Positions 59,708 through 64,000 of a stretch of 64,000 nucleotides of DNA are shown here, piece after piece. The DNA lies in NCBI GenBank assembly GCA_963792415.1, contig CAWBVY010000007.1, positions 128,001-192,000 of the forward strand, read 5' to 3'. Positions within the stretch are counted from its first letter, which is position 1; each line of letters starts with the position of its first letter. The position numbers and the translations under genes were made by a program. The notes beneath the pieces were generated by a model that saw nothing but the letters and a program-made list of their open reading frames with translations, had not been told where the DNA came from and searched no databases. The DNA comes from Candidatus Deferrimicrobiaceae bacterium. Its GTDB lineage: Bacteria > Desulfobacterota > Deferrimicrobia > Deferrimicrobiales > Deferrimicrobiaceae.

Positions 59708-60495
59708 CCGCCATGGCCCAGGTACGCGTGGGATTTCTCGTCGACACGTCGCGCTGCATCGGTTGCCGCTCCTGCCAGGTCGCGTGCAAGGCGTGGAACC
59801 ACATGGACGCGGACAAGACGGTCGAGAAGGGAAGCTACGAAAACCCGACCGACCTCACCCCCAACCTGTACAACCGGATCCGGTTCCTCGAGAGCGCGGA
59901 CGCCGGGGGGAACGTGAAGTGGCTCTTCATGAACGAGCGGTGCGTCCACTGCGGCGACGCGGGGTGCATGAAGGTCTGCCCGTCGCCGGGGGCGCTCCAC
60001 CGGACGAAGGACGGGATCGTCGTCTTCGACAAGGAGAAGTGCATATCGTGCAAATATTGCGTCTCCGCCTGTCCGTTCAACATCCCCCGCTACGGGGCGG
60101 ACGACAAGGTGACCAAGTGCCACCTGTGCTTCGACCGGATCGGGGCGGGGAGGCTCCCGGCGTGCGCCTTGGCGTGCCCGACCCAGACGCTGCAGTTCGG
60201 GGGCCGGGACGCCCTGATCGCGAAGGCGAGGGGGGCGGGGAAGAAGCTGTACGGTGAGAACGCGCTCGAGGGACTGGGGGTCGTCTACGCGCTCGAGGAG
60301 AAGCCCGAGGTGTACGGCCTTCCGGAGAATCCGACGATCCCGACATCGATCTTCCTGTGGAAGGACGTGGTGAGGCCGCTCGGGATCCTCGGCTTCTGGG
60401 GCAGCGTCGCCGCGGTGGTGGTCCATTACGTGACCTTCGGATCGCGCCAGCTCGAGGAGGACGGGAAGGGGAAGGGAGGCGATGCGCATGGGTAA
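59704..60495 (+). CDS. fdnH: Formate dehydrogenase Fe-S beta subunit
   Basis: Four [4Fe-4S] Cys groups (CIGCRSCQVAC etc.) and a C-terminal TM helix. The start may be 59713. Confidence 0.92.
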   Translation: MTAMAQVRVGFLVDTSRCIGCRSCQVACKAWNHMDADKTVEKGSYENPTDLTPNLYNRIRFLESADAGGNVKWLFMNERCVHCGDAGCMKVCPSPGALHRTKDGIVVFDKEKCISCKYCVSACPFNIPRYGADDKVTKCHLCFDRIGAGRLPACALACPTQTLQFGGRDALIAKARGAGKKLYGENALEGLGVVYALEEKPEVYGLPENPTIPTSIFLWKDVVRPLGILGFWGSVAAVVVHYVTFGSRQLEEDGKGKGGDAHG

Positions 60496-61102
60496 GAAAT
60501 ACGTCGAGCGGTTCAACACGGCCGAGCGGGTGCTCCACTGGTTCGTCGCCGCGTCGTTCTTCACCCTGCTCCTGTCGGGGCTGGGGCTCTACTCCCGGCT
60601 CTTCCACGGCTACTTCGACCTGTTCGGGGGCGGGGAGGGGGCGATCCTGGCCCACAAGTACGCGGGGGTGATCTTCTTCTTCAGCTCCCTGCTGCTCTTC
60701 TTCAATCACGCGAAGGAGATGTTCACCTTCGACGAGGACGACCGGAAGTGGTGCAAGTCGCTGGGGGGCTACCTGTCGAAGAACCCCGAGCACATCAACA
60801 GCGGGAAGTTCAACGCCGGACAGAAGCTGTTCGGCATCTTCATGGGGATCGCGACGCTGCTGCTCGGGATCACCGGGGTCATCAACTGGGTCCCCGAGTC
60901 GTTTCCGCGGGGGATCGTCCAGTTTTCGCTGCTGCTCCACGGCCTCCTGTTCGTCTGGTTCGTGATGCTCATGATCGTGCACGTCTACCTCACCACGATC
61001 GGCAACCCGGGGACGCTCGAGGGGATGTTGTACGGCAACGTCCGCAGGATCTGGGCGCGGACCCACCACCCGAAATGGTATAAGGAGGTAGAGGGCGAAT
61101 AA
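60488..61102 (+). CDS. fdnI: Formate dehydrogenase cytochrome b gamma subunit
   Basis: ERVLHW, GKFNAGQK, four TM helices with His ligands. Confidence 0.92.
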   Translation: MGKKYVERFNTAERVLHWFVAASFFTLLLSGLGLYSRLFHGYFDLFGGGEGAILAHKYAGVIFFFSSLLLFFNHAKEMFTFDEDDRKWCKSLGGYLSKNPEHINSGKFNAGQKLFGIFMGIATLLLGITGVINWVPESFPRGIVQFSLLLHGLLFVWFVMLMIVHVYLTTIGNPGTLEGMLYGNVRRIWARTHHPKWYKEVEGE

Positions 61103-61127
61103 TCGTCGGGAAGGGGCTTCGGGAGGG

Positions 61128-61970
61128 ATGAGTCGTACGGCGGACAAGATCGCGCACCTCCGGAAGACTTCCTTCGAGCATCCGGAGTACATCGACGTGC
61201 TCCTCCCGTTCGTCGAGATCTTCGCGTACGTCGACGGGAAGGAGGCCGGGACGGGGATCCGCTTCGCCGTCCCCGAGGGGAACGGGGCGGAGCGGGTGCG
61301 GGGCGGTCTTCCTCTCCTCTCCCCCGAGGCGCTCTCCGTGGATCGGGACGCCGCGACGGCCTTCCTGGCCGGCCTGCTCGACGTCCTGCGGCGCGTAGGC
61401 AGGGAGGGGCACGCGGATCTCGACCGGATCGGGGGGGGGCTTTCCGACGGTTCCCTCGACCTTGCCTCCCTGTACGTCGCCTGTCTTGCCCGGAAGCGGG
61501 ACGTCGTGGACCAGGCGGCGGCGTCCCTTTCGGTCCAGGCGCCCCTGCTCGCCTTCGTCCTCGAGATCCCGTTGAAGACCGCCCTCGAACGCGTTTCCTC
61601 CTCCCTTCCCCCGGAGCGGTTCGACGGTTGGAAGGAAGGGTATTGTCCCGTCTGCGGCTCCCGCGCGGGGATGGCCGAACTCTCCGGGGACGAGGGGAAG
61701 CGGCGGCTCTGCTGCTCCGCCTGCTTCTTCCTCTGGACGTTCCCCCGGATCCAGTGCCCCTACTGCGGAAACGCGAACCCGGAAACGCTCTCCTACTTCA
61801 CCGCGGGGGACGGCCCCACCCGGGTCGGGGTGTGCCGCGGCTGCAGCCGGTACCTGAAGACGCGCGACACGCGCCTCGGGAACGCGGACGTGCCGCTGGA
61901 AGCCGAAGACCTCGCCACCCTCCACCTGGACCTTCTGGCCGGGAAGGAAGGGTTCGAGAGGGGGAAATGA
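61128..61970 (+). CDS. fdhE: Formate dehydrogenase accessory protein FdhE
   Basis: CPVCGS, CSAC..W..R..CPYCG, CRGC..YLK. Confidence 0.9.
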   Translation: MSRTADKIAHLRKTSFEHPEYIDVLLPFVEIFAYVDGKEAGTGIRFAVPEGNGAERVRGGLPLLSPEALSVDRDAATAFLAGLLDVLRRVGREGHADLDRIGGGLSDGSLDLASLYVACLARKRDVVDQAAASLSVQAPLLAFVLEIPLKTALERVSSSLPPERFDGWKEGYCPVCGSRAGMAELSGDEGKRRLCCSACFFLWTFPRIQCPYCGNANPETLSYFTAGDGPTRVGVCRGCSRYLKTRDTRLGNADVPLEAEDLATLHLDLLAGKEGFERGK

Positions 61971-63361
61971 GCCGCCTGCCCGGAGACGACGCGAAGGGCG
62001 GGGACGCCCCTCCCGTCCTGCGGTACGACGGGCGGCGGCTGGCTCCCGCCCGGCATCAGCCCGTGCGGGAGGTCCCCGTCGCCCTTTCGGTCAACGGCGT
62101 CGCGCTCGCGACGCTGATCGCCTCGCCCCACGACCTGCATTTCCTGGTGGCCGGTTTCCTTCGCATGCAGGGACTGGTCCGGTCCGCCGGGGACCTCCTG
62201 ACCTTGAGCGTGTGCGAAGACTTCGGCGCGGCGTCCGTCCGGATCCGGGGAGACGTGCCGGACCGGATCACGCCGACCTACACCTCGGGATGCGGCGCGG
62301 GGATCAGCTTCCACGTCCCGGCCTCCGCCGGTCGCCCGGTCCAGGTCCCCTCCGCGGGACCGTCGGTTGCGCCGGAGTCGCTTTTTTCGGCGATGGACGC
62401 GCTGGGGAGGGCGTCCGAGGCGTACCGCGGGAGCGGAGGGATCCACTCCGCCGGGGCCTGGGACGGCGAGCGGCTCCTCCTGTTCGCCGAGGATATCGGG
62501 CGGCACAACACGATCGACCGGATCGCGGGGCAGGCGCTCCTGGGCGGGGTCGACCTCGCGGGCCGGATCCTCGTCGCCTCGGGGCGCGTTTCCTCGGAGA
62601 TGGCGGCGAAGGCGGGCTCCCTCGGGATCTCCGTGATCGCCTCGCGCACCTCCCCCACCGACCTCGCGGTCAGGATCTGCGGGGAGCTGGGGATCACGCT
62701 CGTCGGGTACGTGCGGGGCCGCAGGTTCAATGTCTACACCCATCCGGCGCGGATCGCCGCCGTCGCCGCGGAGAGGATCCCCGGGGTCACGGGGGTGATC
62801 CTCGCGGGGGGGCGCTCCGGCCGGATGGGGAGCGACAAGGCGCTCCTGCCGTACCAGGGCGGGCGGTTCATCGAGGCGATCCACCGGCGGATGGAGGAGC
62901 TGTTCGACGAGGTGATCGTCGCCACCGGGGAGACGGCCCGGTACGATTTCCTCCCGTGCCGCCGGGTGACGGATCTCTACCCCGGGATGGGCGCGCTGGG
63001 GGGGATCCACGCGGCGTTGCGGGCGAGCGGCTCGGAGAAGGTCTTTGTCCTGGCGTGCGACATGCCGCACCTCGCTCCGGACCTCATCCAGCACCTGTGC
63101 TCCCTGGCGGAAGAGGCGGACGTGGTGGTGCCCGAGGGGGAGGGGGGTCTGGAGCCGCTTCACGCGGTGTACCGGAAGGGCGTCCTCCCCGCCGTGGAAG
63201 ACGCGCTGAGGAACGGGCAGTGCCGCGTGGTTTCCTTCTTCGACCGGGTGCGCGTCCGCCGCGTTCCCTTCGTGGAGGTGGAGCGGATCGACCCCGATCT
63301 GCGCGCCTTCCGGAACATCAACACTCCCGAGGAGTATTACCGGTTCCGGGACGGGGAGTAA
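61967..63361 (+). CDS. fdhD: FdhD sulfurtransferase fused to MobA guanylyltransferase
   Basis: EDIGRHNTIDR and SGRVSSEM (FdhD), then LAGGRSGRMG.DK, ACDMP and NINTPEE (MobA). Confidence 0.92.
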   Translation: MSRLPGDDAKGGDAPPVLRYDGRRLAPARHQPVREVPVALSVNGVALATLIASPHDLHFLVAGFLRMQGLVRSAGDLLTLSVCEDFGAASVRIRGDVPDRITPTYTSGCGAGISFHVPASAGRPVQVPSAGPSVAPESLFSAMDALGRASEAYRGSGGIHSAGAWDGERLLLFAEDIGRHNTIDRIAGQALLGGVDLAGRILVASGRVSSEMAAKAGSLGISVIASRTSPTDLAVRICGELGITLVGYVRGRRFNVYTHPARIAAVAAERIPGVTGVILAGGRSGRMGSDKALLPYQGGRFIEAIHRRMEELFDEVIVATGETARYDFLPCRRVTDLYPGMGALGGIHAALRASGSEKVFVLACDMPHLAPDLIQHLCSLAEEADVVVPEGEGGLEPLHAVYRKGVLPAVEDALRNGQCRVVSFFDRVRVRRVPFVEVERIDPDLRAFRNINTPEEYYRFRDGE

Positions 63362-63377
63362 TCGACAGGAGGGTGCG

Positions 63378-63665
63378 ATGGAAGGACCGCAGAAGCCGAT
63401 GGAGATCCAGGTGACGTTCCCGGAAGACCTCAAGGGCGGCGCCTACTCCAACAGCATGACCGTGACCCACACCCGCGAGGAGTTCGTGCTGGATTTCATG
63501 ATGGTCGCCCCGCCCGCCGGCTCCGTCACCGCGAGGGTCATCCTCTCCCCCGGCCACGCCAAGAGGGTCGTCGCGGCGCTCTCCGAAAACGTCAGGAAGT
63601 ACGAGGAGGCGCACGGGACGATCTTCACGGCCGAGGAGCCGAAGGGGAAGATCGGCATCAACTGA
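63378..63665 (+). CDS. DUF3467-like small protein
   Basis: G.YSN...H..EEFVLDF..ARVILSP.HAKR...L..N..YE..G.I. Confidence 0.8.
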   Translation: MEGPQKPMEIQVTFPEDLKGGAYSNSMTVTHTREEFVLDFMMVAPPAGSVTARVILSPGHAKRVVAALSENVRKYEEAHGTIFTAEEPKGKIGIN

Positions 63666-63723
63666 GATCTTCGCCTCCCTCGGCGAATGCCTCAATTCAC
63701 GAACCGATCGCATTCGACCGCCG

Positions 63724-63999
63724 CTATCGTCCCTCGAACCGGGCGGGCCGCTTGTCGAGGAACGCCCGGATCCCCTCCCGGAAATCCCGGGTTCCCGCGC
63801 ACCGCGAGATGTTCTGCCGTTCCTCCTCGAGCTGGGCCTCCAGGGGTTGGGAGAGCGCCCGGTTGTACAGCTCCTTCGCCCTGGCGTACGCGAGCGTGGG
63901 GCCGGAAGCGAGCCGGTTCGCCAGCGCATCGACCCCGGCGGCGAACTCCGCGTCCGGGAAGATCTCCTGCACCAGTCCCCACTCGGCGGCCCGGTCCGC
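63724..63999 (-). CDS. Enoyl-CoA hydratase/isomerase (PaaG-like), 3' end only
   Basis: AAEWGLV, LASGPT.A..AK, DFREG..AFLDKR.ARF.GR. Confidence 0.88.
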   Translation of the reverse strand, partial: ADRAAEWGLVQEIFPDAEFAAGVDALANRLASGPTLAYARAKELYNRALSQPLEAQLEEERQNISRCAGTRDFREGIRAFLDKRPARFEGR

Positions 64000-64000
64000 C

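Overview
High-GC bacterial window whose gene content suggests an anaerobic deltaproteobacterium-like organism (inference only). From left to right it holds: the end of an Hdr/Qmo-like operon (HdrL-type fragment, HdrA, small winged-helix protein, QmoC-like protein, DsrE); a sigma54 two-component system; and a sigma54 operon encoding a secreted low-complexity protein, an OB-fold protein, a beta-barrel and an octaheme cytochrome c with an in-frame UGA. Next come an OrpR-like activator with a NifX/Orp-like gene, hcp with an FNR-type box, two 2-hydroxyacyl-CoA dehydratase-family subunits, a type III PKS with a methyltransferase, and rph-rdgB-tRNA-Pro. A small decayed island follows (integrase remnant, membrane WYL-TerB-like protein), then arsenic transport genes, archease-rtcB, a draT-draG pair with no nif genes in the window, two efflux systems, an operon with a DsbA-like protein, diheme peroxidase and epmA, and a complete formate dehydrogenase operon. 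Four genes that the ORF track splits are in-frame across a single UGA followed by a SECIS-like hairpin, so they are probably selenoproteins: the octaheme cytochrome, an OsmC-like protein, a DsbA-like UxxC protein and FdnG. The best candidate for an undescribed system is the porin plus seleno-octaheme cytochrome operon (4862-11081) next to the Hdr/Qmo/DsrE cluster. All calls come from reading motifs by eye; no database searches were run.
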